IMG/VR virus record: IMGVR_UViG_3300036660_000029
Coordinates: 1-43,260 of that record
Direction: 5' to 3' (one strand)
DNA length: 43,260 bases
Source of the DNA: a virus
Taxonomy: Duplodnaviria > Caudoviricetes
In this document: piece after piece, positions 27,915 through 37,362 of the stretch
Layout of the letters: the number at the start of each line of letters is the position of its first letter
Position numbering within the stretch: the stretch's first letter is position 1
Program-made: the position numbers and the translations under genes
The notes under the pieces: model-generated
What the model saw: only the letters and a program-made list of their open reading frames with translations
What the model was told of the DNA's origin: nothing
Databases searched by the model: none

Positions 27915-28239
27915 CATTAGGGGCCAATATGCTTGGTCTGAATCGGGTATGGCTTTGTTACAAGAAATTCAAATAATCATTGACGATAACGGAGGATATG
28001 AAAAGTATTTCGAAATTGTTCACCGGGAATCACAGGAAAACCTATATAAAACCGACACCTTAAAGTTTAGATCAGATGTTTTAAAGATGGTTAACCGTAT
28101 TCATAGCCACGACATACCAGGAATTTTAGGTATTTCACAAAGCAGATACCAGGCTATTTTAAAAGATTTAGGATTAATCGGGAAATTAGTTCGTAGAAAA
28201 AAGAAGATAAGGACAAATACTTTCCCGACTTATCTATAA
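27901..28239 (+). CDS. Hypothetical protein with C-terminal HTH-like segment
   Basis: IPGILGISQSRY...L..LG; ATG 27901 preferred. Confidence 0.55.
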   Translation: MEAYDIRGQYAWSESGMALLQEIQIIIDDNGGYEKYFEIVHRESQENLYKTDTLKFRSDVLKMVNRIHSHDIPGILGISQSRYQAILKDLGLIGKLVRRKKKIRTNTFPTYL

Positions 28240-28245
28240 AATTGT

Positions 28246-28361
28246 TATATTAGTAACTAGCTACAACATTATAAAATGATATTTAAAACATCCCTTTCAC
28301 CGTCTTTTACCGGCATCCGCTGGAGTGTTGTAGCGACTTTTTTTCGGTGGAAGGGTTTTTT
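28246..28361 (+). promoter_or_regulatory. Structured leader 3: promoter TATATTAG, 5' seed, terminator with complementary loop
   Basis: GCTACAACA (28260-28268) pairs with TGTTGTAGC (28326-28334) inside stem CCCTTTCACCG/CGGTGGAAGGG, which is followed by T6. Confidence 0.7.
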
Positions 28362-28373
28362 AACTTATTAAAA

Positions 28374-29144
28374 ATGGCAAAAGACCCCGCATTTTTATTT
28401 TATTCATCTGATTTTTTGTCTGGCATCCAGGATTTAACTATGGAAGAAAGAGGCCAATATATAACTCTTTTATGCTTGCAACATCAAAAAGGTAGGCTGT
28501 CTGACAAGCTAATTGCACTAAGCGTGGGCAATGCCGCGGCAGATGTCATGGCAAAGTTTCGGCAGGATTCTGCATCGCTCTGGTATAATGATCGGCTAGA
28601 GGTGGAAACACAGAAACGCAAGGAGTCTGCCGAAAAACAACGTAAAAGAGCCGTAGATGGCTGGGAAAAGAGAAAAAAGGATGCCGGATTAAATGCCGTG
28701 GCATACGCCGTGGCAATGCCTTTAGAAGATATAAATGAAAATAGAAATAGAGATATAAATATAATTGATAATGAAAGAGAAAATAAAATTAAAGAAGTTT
28801 CATTAAAAATTTTAACCGACTTTAACTTTACTGAAATAAGGAACGCAAATCATTTAATGAAAATAGGCTCATTTGTAAGACTTCTGTTTGCAAACAATAA
28901 CTTTGATTATTTCAAAGAACAATATCCGGCGTACTGGAAATACAAAAAACAATCAGGATCAGAAACGCAATCACTTGATACATTTTTAAACAACGGCTGG
29001 GATAGGGAGGTATGGACTGAAAAATTAAAACAACATGGAGAATCAAGACAATCAACTAAAAACGCAAAACAACAATCAGTTGCAGAACTTAGAGAGGCAG
29101 CCCGCGCTGTTATTGCAAACCATCAATCCCAAAACGGTAGCTGA
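28374..29144 (+). CDS. Replication initiator (DUF1376 / YdaU-like N-terminus)
   Basis: MAKDPAFLFYSSDFL...LTMEERGQYITLLC; contains internal iterons and an AT-rich linker. Confidence 0.8.
   Translation: MAKDPAFLFYSSDFLSGIQDLTMEERGQYITLLCLQHQKGRLSDKLIALSVGNAAADVMAKFRQDSASLWYNDRLEVETQKRKESAEKQRKRAVDGWEKRKKDAGLNAVAYAVAMPLEDINENRNRDINIIDNERENKIKEVSLKILTDFNFTEIRNANHLMKIGSFVRLLFANNNFDYFKEQYPAYWKYKKQSGSETQSLDTFLNNGWDREVWTEKLKQHGESRQSTKNAKQQSVAELREAARAVIANHQSQNGS
28531..28800. other. Putative replication origin (iterons plus A-rich tract)
   Basis: TGCCnnGGCA-like repeats at about 28532, 28544, 28694 and 28706, then a purine-skewed AT-rich tract. Confidence 0.6.
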
Positions 29145-29745
29145 TATTATTTCTAGTACTAACCCATCAGTTGTAAGATTGGTTCAGATTAACGGTGAGC
29201 CTGTCATTAAAGCGTTACTTGTTGATATTATTGCAGATGTTGTAGAGTTTTTCAGTTTAGGTAAATCAATGAGCGGATCACAGATAGCATCCACGGTTGA
29301 ATTAATAATTGAAGCATACGGATCATATAAATTTGATGATTGGAAACTATGCTTTAAAATGGCAAAGCTAGGGAAATTTGGCACTGTCTATGATCGAATT
29401 GATGGGAATGTAATATTTGATTGGTTCGACAAATATCTCGAAATACGATCCACTGAATTTGAATCAGCAAGGGCAAAAGAAAACAGATTATACAGCGAAC
29501 CCATTAAAAGCTATCCGTTAATCCCTATGCCAGAGTACGTTAAAGAATTAATTGATAAAAAAGTGATTGTTAAAGAGCCTGGCAAACAATTAAATCAGAC
29601 AGATGCTCAAAAGCAGATCAATGTTTGGATAAATGAATTTGATCGAATATGTACTATGCAAGGTTCGCAGGATGGGAAAAGGTTTATTTTACAAGATGAC
29701 ATAAAAATGGATATTGGTGAGTATTTACAATATAAAGCACAATGA
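29035..29745 (+). CDS. Putative replication accessory protein (helicase-loader position)
   Basis: Follows the initiator; D.KLCF..AK.GKFG.VYDRIDG..IF.W. Confidence 0.5.
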   Translation: MENQDNQLKTQNNNQLQNLERQPALLLQTINPKTVADIISSTNPSVVRLVQINGEPVIKALLVDIIADVVEFFSLGKSMSGSQIASTVELIIEAYGSYKFDDWKLCFKMAKLGKFGTVYDRIDGNVIFDWFDKYLEIRSTEFESARAKENRLYSEPIKSYPLIPMPEYVKELIDKKVIVKEPGKQLNQTDAQKQINVWINEFDRICTMQGSQDGKRFILQDDIKMDIGEYLQYKAQ

Positions 29746-29811
29746 CAACTTACCAAACAACCAAAGGAGCAGTTACAGTAATGACCTGGGATGAATATTT
29801 AAAATTGAAGC

Positions 29812-30138
29812 ATGAGAATTGATTATAAACCGTTATCGGTAAACGAATGCTGGAAAGGCCAAAGGTTCAAAACAGATAAATATAAAAAATATGAGAATGA
29901 TATATTATTCTTATTACCCCTCCACGCTTTACCACAAGCTCCATACGCTATTATTATAACCTTTGGGGTAAGTAACCTTGGAGCCGACATAGATAACCCT
30001 GTAAAGCCGTTTTTAGACATCCTTCAAAAGAAGTACGGTTTTAATGATAGAGATATATTTGAGATGCACGTTTATAAGCTAAAAACGGATAAAGGTAAAG
30101 AGTTTATAAATTTTGTGATTGAGGGTGTAATACGATGA
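29812..30138 (+). CDS. rusA: RusA-like Holliday junction resolvase
   Basis: PLSVN, DIDNPVKPFLDIL and NDR.I. Confidence 0.85.
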   Translation: MRIDYKPLSVNECWKGQRFKTDKYKKYENDILFLLPLHALPQAPYAIIITFGVSNLGADIDNPVKPFLDILQKKYGFNDRDIFEMHVYKLKTDKGKEFINFVIEGVIR

Positions 30139-30365
30139 GTAACAACTACGAACTACAACTCATAGATTGTAATTGCAATGATTGCAAGCACATGATCAGG
30201 GATTTTGCAAAACAGATATTTCACAAAGAGCATTATGCAGGTACTGGAATAACTGACAGGTTGCAATTTGGGCATTGTAGTAAGTTTGATAAAGGGGTGA
30301 GTTTTATCCCGGTTACGTGTCAATTAGAAACGCAAACGTGTTTTGAACATAGGAAAGATAATTAA
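30135..30365 (+). CDS. Small Cys-rich protein
   Basis: CNCNDC...C...C...CFEHR. Confidence 0.65.
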   Translation: MSNNYELQLIDCNCNDCKHMIRDFAKQIFHKEHYAGTGITDRLQFGHCSKFDKGVSFIPVTCQLETQTCFEHRKDN

Positions 30366-30371
30366 TTATGT

Positions 30372-30379
30372 TACATTTG
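30372..30379 (+). promoter_or_regulatory. -7 promoter TACATTTG before the packaging genes
   Basis: TAnnTTTG in the intergenic gap. Confidence 0.55.
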
Positions 30380-30403
30380 ATTTTGCAGTGAAAATGTAGT
30401 GAG

Positions 30404-30769
30404 ATGAACGATGAAAACCTAACTTCTTATCAACCAGGCCAATCAGGCAACCCTGCTGGTAAGATACCAGGCACTAAAAACCGCTCAACAATAGCCCGTA
30501 AAGTGCTAGAAATGAGGGCAATGTTTCCAAAAGAGAAAATGGAAGCACTGAGATTAATATACCCTGAGATATGCGAACAAAGCACCGTAGAAGAGATGAT
30601 GACTATTGTAATGGCTAGTCAAGCAATCGAGAAAGGTGACACAAATGCTTATAAAGCCTTGCAGGACTCAGCATACGGTGCGCCAAAACAAGAAGTAACC
30701 GGGCTTGACGGTATCCCGCTATTCCCAACCCCTATAGGCTTCACGGATGGAAGTGCTAAAACTAAGTAA
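30404..30769 (+). CDS. Terminase small subunit (DUF5681-like)
   Basis: PGQSGNPAG..PG..N start, A..GD..A...L.D..YG; overlaps the large subunit. Confidence 0.75.
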   Translation: MNDENLTSYQPGQSGNPAGKIPGTKNRSTIARKVLEMRAMFPKEKMEALRLIYPEICEQSTVEEMMTIVMASQAIEKGDTNAYKALQDSAYGAPKQEVTGLDGIPLFPTPIGFTDGSAKTK

Positions 30770-32057
30770 GAAGTATGAGCCGTTATTTGCGTGGCTATCC
30801 GCACAACCCGGCGATCCATTGCATAGGGTAAGTACCGTAGTCGTAACGGGAGGGCGTAACAGTCAAAAGTCCTTTGCAGTAGGAACATTCTCATGCGTTG
30901 CAGCCAAAGACTTCAATCATAGGGTACTTTATACCCGTTACACCCTAACAGCGGCAGAGGATTCGATTATTCCTGAATTTGCCGAAAAGGTAGAGATACT
31001 CAATGCCTACGATGCTTTCACGATTAACAAAGATCGTATTGAAGGTACCCGTAATCAAAGCAAAATAGTTTTTAAAGGTATCAAGACAAGTTCAGGCAAC
31101 CAAACCGCAAACCTCAAATCACTTAAAAACTTCTCTATGTTCATCTTAGAAGAGGCAGAAGAAATGCCCTCATTTGATGATTGGGATAAAATAAAGAAGT
31201 CAATACGTGCAACAGATGTACGGAATTTGTCAATATTACTACTTAACCCGGCTACTAAAGAGCATTGGATATATCAAGAGCTATTCGAGGCAAACGGTGT
31301 GCAAGAAGGGCATAACGGTATTGTCGGCAACATCTTATTTATCCATGCTTCATACTTCGATATGGAGCGCGAATACATTGCAGACGATATATGGGAGGAC
31401 TTTGAGGCTAAACGTATTGATTATGAACGTTGGCTGGATGTTCCGCAAGATCAAAGAGATAAACTACCGGCCAGGCTTATTAAAAACGCTCTGTATTATA
31501 AGCACGTTGTATTAGGTGGATGGCTCGATAAAGCGGAGGGCGTAATTTACACTAACTGGTCAATAGCACCATTTCAAGAGGTTTCACCGTCTGTTTATGG
31601 TCAAGATTTTGGATTTAGTGTTGACCCTACAACATTAGTTAAGACTTCAATAGATCAAACCCGTAAAAAAATATACTTGCAAGAAATGTTATACCAGCCA
31701 CGGATGACAACCACCGATATTTATGTATCTAACATGCGATACGCAAACGGGAGGCTTATTTATGCTGATAGTGCTGAGGTGAGGCTAATAGCTGAAATAG
31801 CTACAAAAGGGTGTAATATTATCGGATGTCCTAAACCTCCCGGCTCAATCTTAGCTGGAATAGCTATCTTACAGGACTATGAGTTGGTTATTGACCCGGG
31901 AAGCTTAAACTTAATCAAAGAGTTGAACAATTATGTATGGCATGATAAAAAGTCTAAGATACCCATTGATGCATACAACCACCTTTTAGATGCTGTCAGG
32001 TATGCGATATACCCTCAATTGTCAGCTAAAAAAGAACGTACTTTTTTTGTAGGATAA
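30747..32057 (+). CDS. terL: Terminase large subunit (PBSX / SPP1-like)
   Basis: TGGRNSQKS Walker A, ILEEAEE Walker B, LNP, GQDFGFSVDP, ADSAE and NHLLDAVRYA. Confidence 0.95.
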   Translation: MEVLKLSKKYEPLFAWLSAQPGDPLHRVSTVVVTGGRNSQKSFAVGTFSCVAAKDFNHRVLYTRYTLTAAEDSIIPEFAEKVEILNAYDAFTINKDRIEGTRNQSKIVFKGIKTSSGNQTANLKSLKNFSMFILEEAEEMPSFDDWDKIKKSIRATDVRNLSILLLNPATKEHWIYQELFEANGVQEGHNGIVGNILFIHASYFDMEREYIADDIWEDFEAKRIDYERWLDVPQDQRDKLPARLIKNALYYKHVVLGGWLDKAEGVIYTNWSIAPFQEVSPSVYGQDFGFSVDPTTLVKTSIDQTRKKIYLQEMLYQPRMTTTDIYVSNMRYANGRLIYADSAEVRLIAEIATKGCNIIGCPKPPGSILAGIAILQDYELVIDPGSLNLIKELNNYVWHDKKSKIPIDAYNHLLDAVRYAIYPQLSAKKERTFFVG

Positions 32058-32074
32058 TTTATTACTTTTACATT

Positions 32075-33619
32075 ATGCAAATTAAAACTCAACTAAAGCA
32101 ATGGGCTCTTAAACAGTTAGGGTATAACCCTGTTTTAGGGGCTGGATTTGCATACAACTTTGGCCGTGCCTTTACATGGCTTAATGGAAATGGTATATCA
32201 GGGTATAACAATAAAATTGTCTATGCTGGCCTTAACCTAAAGATCAGAAAGCTAGTTGAACCTGATATGATTGTGTACAAGGTCAAGAATAAGAAGGCTT
32301 TAAGAACATTCTATAAAAACGATACCTCAAACAATGCAAGGGTGGTATCTAAAGCTATTGCGCTTGATGAAATAGACGAACACCCGTTAATTGAACTATT
32401 AGAACGCCCCAACGATTTCCAGACCGGCATTGAACTAATGGAACAATTCTGGTTTAACTATGAATTTGGAGACGGGTACTTAATTGCATTAGGTTCTCAG
32501 GACGGCCCCGGAGCGGATAGCCGTAAATTCAAACCTAACTACCTATACGCCCCGAATCGTAACCGGGTATTGTGTGAAAAATCAAATGACCCATTCAATC
32601 CTATTTCAGTTTATCGCATAACCTTAAATAACGGTGAACAGCTTACATTAGACCCAAATCAGGTATTTCATTTAAAGAAATGGAACCCTGAAAACAATGA
32701 GGTTAACGGTCATTCGTTCATGAACCCGGCTGGTAAGACAGTCAGCAAGAATGAGGAAAACCAGACCGCACAGGGTTCTGCATATATGAACGGAGGCCGT
32801 GGAACAATATTCTCATCTGATTTGATGACAGATGGAGCCGGTGGAGTAGTTGAGAAAATGACAGGTGATCAAATGTCAAAGCTGAAAGACGCTATGATTA
32901 AGGACTATACAGGCTCAGTCAATAACCGAAAAATGAACTTCATTAACGGCAAAGTAGAAGTTCAAAATTATGGTGATACATTAGCTGAGATGGAGTTAAT
33001 AGATGCTGAGAAAGCTGATTGGAGAGATATGTATGCAGTGCTAGGTATTCCGGTTGCACTCGGCCCCGATACCAGCGCATCAACCGAAAGCAATGTAAAA
33101 GCTGGATATAAAGCATTGGTAACTAATACAATCGTCCCTGAACTACGCAAATTCGATATGAAGTTTAAGCGTTGGATTGAACTTTGGTATGGACTTGACA
33201 TAATCGCATCTCATGACCTGACTGAGTTTAATGAGTTAGCTCCCGATTTGGAACTGTTGTCAAAAGTGTATGGCAAACCTACTTTATCAGAGGATGAGCG
33301 CAGAGCCTTATTTAATTTCGATGAAATGTCAAACGGGTTAGGTAAAACTATGTTAGTTCCTTCTGGACTTATGACCTTAGAGCAAATAACTGAGCCTATG
33401 GAAGAACCTGATCCAGAGGGCAAACAATATGACTACCAAATGCCAGGCAAAACCGAAAAGGTTAAGGTGAAAGAATTAGCTCCGATAATAGAACTTGACT
33501 TTATATCTGCCCGTGACCTGGTTGGTTCGTCTAACCCGGCTGGATTTAAAAGCAGACAGGATAGTATTAAAAGAGAACTCAATCGCTTGAAACAGGAAAT
33601 AAACTATTTGTATGCATGA
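32075..33619 (+). CDS. Portal protein
   Basis: HPL..LL.RPN..QTG, GDGY, VFHLK.WNP and GIP..L; follows terL. Confidence 0.9.
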   Translation: MQIKTQLKQWALKQLGYNPVLGAGFAYNFGRAFTWLNGNGISGYNNKIVYAGLNLKIRKLVEPDMIVYKVKNKKALRTFYKNDTSNNARVVSKAIALDEIDEHPLIELLERPNDFQTGIELMEQFWFNYEFGDGYLIALGSQDGPGADSRKFKPNYLYAPNRNRVLCEKSNDPFNPISVYRITLNNGEQLTLDPNQVFHLKKWNPENNEVNGHSFMNPAGKTVSKNEENQTAQGSAYMNGGRGTIFSSDLMTDGAGGVVEKMTGDQMSKLKDAMIKDYTGSVNNRKMNFINGKVEVQNYGDTLAEMELIDAEKADWRDMYAVLGIPVALGPDTSASTESNVKAGYKALVTNTIVPELRKFDMKFKRWIELWYGLDIIASHDLTEFNELAPDLELLSKVYGKPTLSEDERRALFNFDEMSNGLGKTMLVPSGLMTLEQITEPMEEPDPEGKQYDYQMPGKTEKVKVKELAPIIELDFISARDLVGSSNPAGFKSRQDSIKRELNRLKQEINYLYA

Positions 33620-34040
33620 TAACGATTTAGACTTTGATACTTTAATGCATCAAAAAGAGGTTGTTGAAAGCCTCAATGGGATTTCTTTGAGCCTATCACA
33701 GCTTAAAAGCGAAACTATTAGCTCTGATTTAATCGAGCATCAAATAGAGGCTGTTAACCGCTTTGCCGAAACAATCAAAGCAATGCCGGCACCAGAAGTT
33801 AGCGTATCGGTCAATAACGAGGCATTAACGGTGTCAATAACCGATTTAGCAAATAGTATAGTTAAAGATCAAAAGGTTTTATCAGAGGCGATTGAATTAC
33901 AGGCAGATCAACAAAAACAGATCGCATTATCTATAAAAGAATTAACGGCGGAGATCGCTAAAAAGAGGGAATGGATTTTCACTCATAAAAAAGACGATAG
34001 AGGCGATATTATATCCACAACAGCAATACAAACAAGATAA
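33612..34040 (+). CDS. Hypothetical coiled-coil protein of the head module
   Basis: Helical, with P.V.V.V and terminal W.F...KD..G.I. Confidence 0.65.
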   Translation: MHDNDLDFDTLMHQKEVVESLNGISLSLSQLKSETISSDLIEHQIEAVNRFAETIKAMPAPEVSVSVNNEALTVSITDLANSIVKDQKVLSEAIELQADQQKQIALSIKELTAEIAKKREWIFTHKKDDRGDIISTTAIQTR

Positions 34041-35797
34041 TGGCAGATAATATAACGGTAGCAACCACGAACGATGCAGCGGGTGCGGCGCATCAAAAGG
34101 TAGTCAATGAATATCTAAACGCAACCGGGGTGCCTACACCCGTATCAGCCGCAAACCCATTGCCAGTGCTTGCATCAATGAGTACGGCTGGTTTAGCTAC
34201 CGATACTGGCCAGAATACCGGGAATGCTTCTTTGGCATCTATTGATACTAAGCTGTCAAACCCTTTGCCGGTTTCAAACGCCGTATTGAGTACATTGGTA
34301 GTTACTTTGGGTAAATTACAGGTTGAATTACCATCAGGGGGTTCTGGCCTTACTAATGCCGAAATTAGAGCTACACCGCTTCCTGTTAGTGGAACGGTTA
34401 CGGCTAATACAGGATTAACTCAGCCGATTACAGATGCTCAGTTAAGAGCAACCCCCTTACCTGTTTCTTTTACAGGCGGAGGTGATGCAACAGCGGCAAA
34501 TCAAACTACTGAAATAGCTAAACTTACAAGTATTGACGGTAAAGTACCCGCATTAGGCCAGGCATTAGCTGCGGCTTCAACACCAATAGTTTTAACAGCA
34601 GCTCAATTAGCAACCTTAACACCTTTAGCTCAGATAACCGGATTTGCAACATCTGCAAACCAGCAAACAAATGCAATTACAGACGCTCAAATTAGAGCGA
34701 CTGCGTTACCTATATCGGGTACGGTAACGGCAAACACTGGATTAACACAACCATTGACCGATACGCAAATTAGAGCGACAGCATTAGCAGTTAGCGGAAC
34801 ATTCTTTCAAGCTACTCAGCCGATTTCAGGTACTGTAACATCTAATGCTACCCTTGCAGCCGAAACAACAAAGGTAATTGGTACGGTTAACGTTGCAGGT
34901 ACTATTCCAATTTCGGGAGCCTTAACAGACACTCAATTACGTGCAAGTGCTGTTCCGGTAACATCTAATGCAGGAACAAACTTAAATACATCTGCATTAA
35001 ACTTAGAGGCAACACAGGCATTAATAAAAACAAATACAGATAAGATACCCGCGCTAGGTCAAGCCCTTGCAGCGGCTTCATCTCCGGTGGTATTAACAGC
35101 CGCTCAAATCACAACCTTAACACCTCAGACAAACGCTTTAACGGATGCGCAATTACGTGCTACGGCTGTTGCTATTAGTGGAACAGTTACTACAGGCGGA
35201 TTAACCGACACTCAGATCAGGGCAACGGCTTTGCCTGTATCATTAGCATCCGTTCCATCTCATGCTGTAACTAATGCCGGTACATTTGCCGTTCAAGCAA
35301 CACTACCGGTGGCGGCAATTACTTACTCAGCCGTAGGGACTAACTTAGTACCAGCAACCGCTGTAACTGATTTGGTTACTATTTACGGTTCAGCAACAAA
35401 GACAGTAACAATTTTAAATATTTGGGTTACAGGCGTTCAAACTACGGCTGGCCAGGCATCGTTTCTATTAATAAAAAGATCGGCAGCTAATACAGCCGGT
35501 ACTTCAACAGCTTTAACTAGAATACCATACGATGCAAACGATGCGGCCGCAACCGCTACCGTACTTGCATATACAGCAAATCCAACAGTGGGTACTGCAA
35601 TAGGTAATGTAAGAGGTGATAGGGCCTTTTTGCCGGGTGCTGCAAGTGCTTCGGATGCCCAGGGTTTATCTTGGGGGTTTCTCGGGGCTAAACAAATAAC
35701 TTTAAGGGGTACGGCCCAGGGCGTATGCATTAACTTAGCCGGGGCAACTTTAGCCGGCGGTTCAATTAACGTAACGATTGAGTGGACTGAGGCATAA
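34040..35797 (+). CDS. Thr/Ala-rich repeat protein, putative head fibre or decoration
   Basis: Seven [LI]T[DN]x[QE][LI]RA[TS] repeats, two PALGQALAAAS.P.VLTAAQ..TLTP blocks, and a beta-rich C-terminal domain. Confidence 0.6.
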   Translation: MADNITVATTNDAAGAAHQKVVNEYLNATGVPTPVSAANPLPVLASMSTAGLATDTGQNTGNASLASIDTKLSNPLPVSNAVLSTLVVTLGKLQVELPSGGSGLTNAEIRATPLPVSGTVTANTGLTQPITDAQLRATPLPVSFTGGGDATAANQTTEIAKLTSIDGKVPALGQALAAASTPIVLTAAQLATLTPLAQITGFATSANQQTNAITDAQIRATALPISGTVTANTGLTQPLTDTQIRATALAVSGTFFQATQPISGTVTSNATLAAETTKVIGTVNVAGTIPISGALTDTQLRASAVPVTSNAGTNLNTSALNLEATQALIKTNTDKIPALGQALAAASSPVVLTAAQITTLTPQTNALTDAQLRATAVAISGTVTTGGLTDTQIRATALPVSLASVPSHAVTNAGTFAVQATLPVAAITYSAVGTNLVPATAVTDLVTIYGSATKTVTILNIWVTGVQTTAGQASFLLIKRSAANTAGTSTALTRIPYDANDAAATATVLAYTANPTVGTAIGNVRGDRAFLPGAASASDAQGLSWGFLGAKQITLRGTAQGVCINLAGATLAGGSINVTIEWTEA

Positions 35798-35803
35798 AAT
35801 ATT

Positions 35804-35989
35804 ATGTTATTATTACTAGACTTAGTATTAAAAGGTGCAATTATAATAGAAGTACCACCACCAACACCACCATCAGGGGGCGGAGGTGCACGGGATAGGA
35901 AACGGCCTCATATCCAGCAAACGGATATAAGAAAAAACAATAATGAAATAATACTTGAAACAATTAAAATTTGGATGGTATGTCACTAA
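35804..35989 (+). CDS. Hypothetical protein
   Basis: PPPTPPSGGGG linker. Confidence 0.55.
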   Translation: MLLLLDLVLKGAIIIEVPPPTPPSGGGGARDRKRPHIQQTDIRKNNNEIILETIKIWMVCH

Positions 35990-36159
35990 GATATTTTGAA
36001 ACGATGCCAGATTTGGCCACTAAACATAAAAGGCAGATCAACAAAGATATGTCAAGCGATGAAATACATGAAGAGGCCGTATTTATTGCCCTGCAACGCT
36101 ATAAAGAGTTAAGCTCTGAGTTAAACGTTCTTAAAAAAGAGGTAAATGACAACCGTTAA
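35971..36159 (+). CDS. Hypothetical protein
   Basis: ORF; start uncertain (possibly ATG 35980). Confidence 0.5.
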   Translation: MDGMSLRYFETMPDLATKHKRQINKDMSSDEIHEEAVFIALQRYKELSSELNVLKKEVNDNR

Positions 36160-36295
36160 AGATGCGGAGTTAGATCAGATCATTGAGATAGCTATTCCGT
36201 TTAGAGCGAAGGACTGCCCTGTTGAACGTAGACGAAAAGAGTACTCACGTATCGAAACTAAAAAACGCCTGTTGAAATACATCTCCGAATTATGA
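36146..36295 (+). CDS. Hypothetical protein (49 aa)
   Basis: MTTVKDAELDQIIEIAIPF...YISEL; ATGA overlap with the MuF-like gene. Confidence 0.55.
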   Translation: MTTVKDAELDQIIEIAIPFRAKDCPVERRRKEYSRIETKKRLLKYISEL

Positions 36296-37110
36296 CCGAA
36301 TCACAAAAGCAATCTATACTATACGCCCGGCAACATAGAATATATGAACGGCGGATGTATCCTATATTTTTGAGTGCTTTGCGTAAACAGATTGAGCCTG
36401 TTTTAGCGTGGGTTGCTGAGTTCGGGATTAATCCGCCCTTAGATGCACTAATTAAACCCTCCGTATTCCGCATACCGATTAGACAGGCGTATGAGATCGT
36501 GGGTACTTTGGCCGCTAAACGTGAATACTACTACATGCGAGAAATGGAGGGCAAAGGTTTTATTGATTTCCTTGTTGATAAATGGAGAGCGTTATTCAAT
36601 GACTATGCAACTACCTATGCATACCGTATCGAAAATGATTTATCTGAAACCACAAAAGAAGAGATCAGGATAGCGTTAAGATATGCTTATGAGAATACCT
36701 TAAACGCAAATCAGACGGCTGCATATATTCGTAAATCAGTGTACAATGAAATAAGCCGTACCCGTGCTGTAATGATAGCTAGGACAGAGGCGACAACGGC
36801 CAGCAACTTAGGTAAAGAGATCGGAGCTAAAGAGTGGTTAAAAGAAACTGGTCAGGCCGGGTATAAGCAATGGCTGGGGCGTGGAGATAGTAGAGAGCGA
36901 GGTTTTGGAACAGACCATGGTCACTGGGATTTAAATAATGACATTATCCCGATTGAACAGGACTGGACATTAGTAGACGGTAAAGGCGTTGTTTCACATG
37001 GACAACGCCCTGGAGATACAAGGCTCCCGGCAAATCAGCGGATTAGATGTAGATGTACTCAATTATTTATGAGTGCTAGGAGGTATGAGAGGATGCAGAG
37101 GGGTTTATAG
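36292..37110 (+). CDS. Minor head morphogenesis protein (MuF / SPP1 gp7-like)
   Basis: RA.MIARTE...A.N, K.W...D.R.R..H and PGD..LPA...IRCRC. Confidence 0.9.
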   Translation: MTESQKQSILYARQHRIYERRMYPIFLSALRKQIEPVLAWVAEFGINPPLDALIKPSVFRIPIRQAYEIVGTLAAKREYYYMREMEGKGFIDFLVDKWRALFNDYATTYAYRIENDLSETTKEEIRIALRYAYENTLNANQTAAYIRKSVYNEISRTRAVMIARTEATTASNLGKEIGAKEWLKETGQAGYKQWLGRGDSRERGFGTDHGHWDLNNDIIPIEQDWTLVDGKGVVSHGQRPGDTRLPANQRIRCRCTQLFMSARRYERMQRGL

Positions 37111-37362
37111 CTTAATTGGCTTTTCCATACCTATATAAAAACAATCTTCTTCGATATTCCGTGATTCCAAAATAAGCATATCGCCAAAATGCTTTTTACC
37201 ATCAAAAGGGCGCATTGCAATAGTTATCTTTAATTCATTCTCAAGATTTCTTAATAAAGAAGGATGCAACACTAAAAACAACGGCGATTTTCCGTACTGG
37301 TTAATAAAATTACCTCTTGCAATGAATAGTTTTGCTGCTATTGAAATATTTCCCATAATCAA
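37105..37362 (-). CDS. Hypothetical protein
   Basis: Third gene of the reverse-strand insert. Confidence 0.6.
   Translation of the reverse strand: MIMGNISIAAKLFIARGNFINQYGKSPLFLVLHPSLLRNLENELKITIAMRPFDGKKHFGDMLILESRNIEEDCFYIGMEKPIKL

Noticed and set aside
34340-35250. Repeats as a CRISPR array or DGR template/variable pair
   Set aside because: They are in-frame protein repeats diverged at synonymous sites, with no spacer structure, no adenine-specific pattern and no reverse transcriptase gene.
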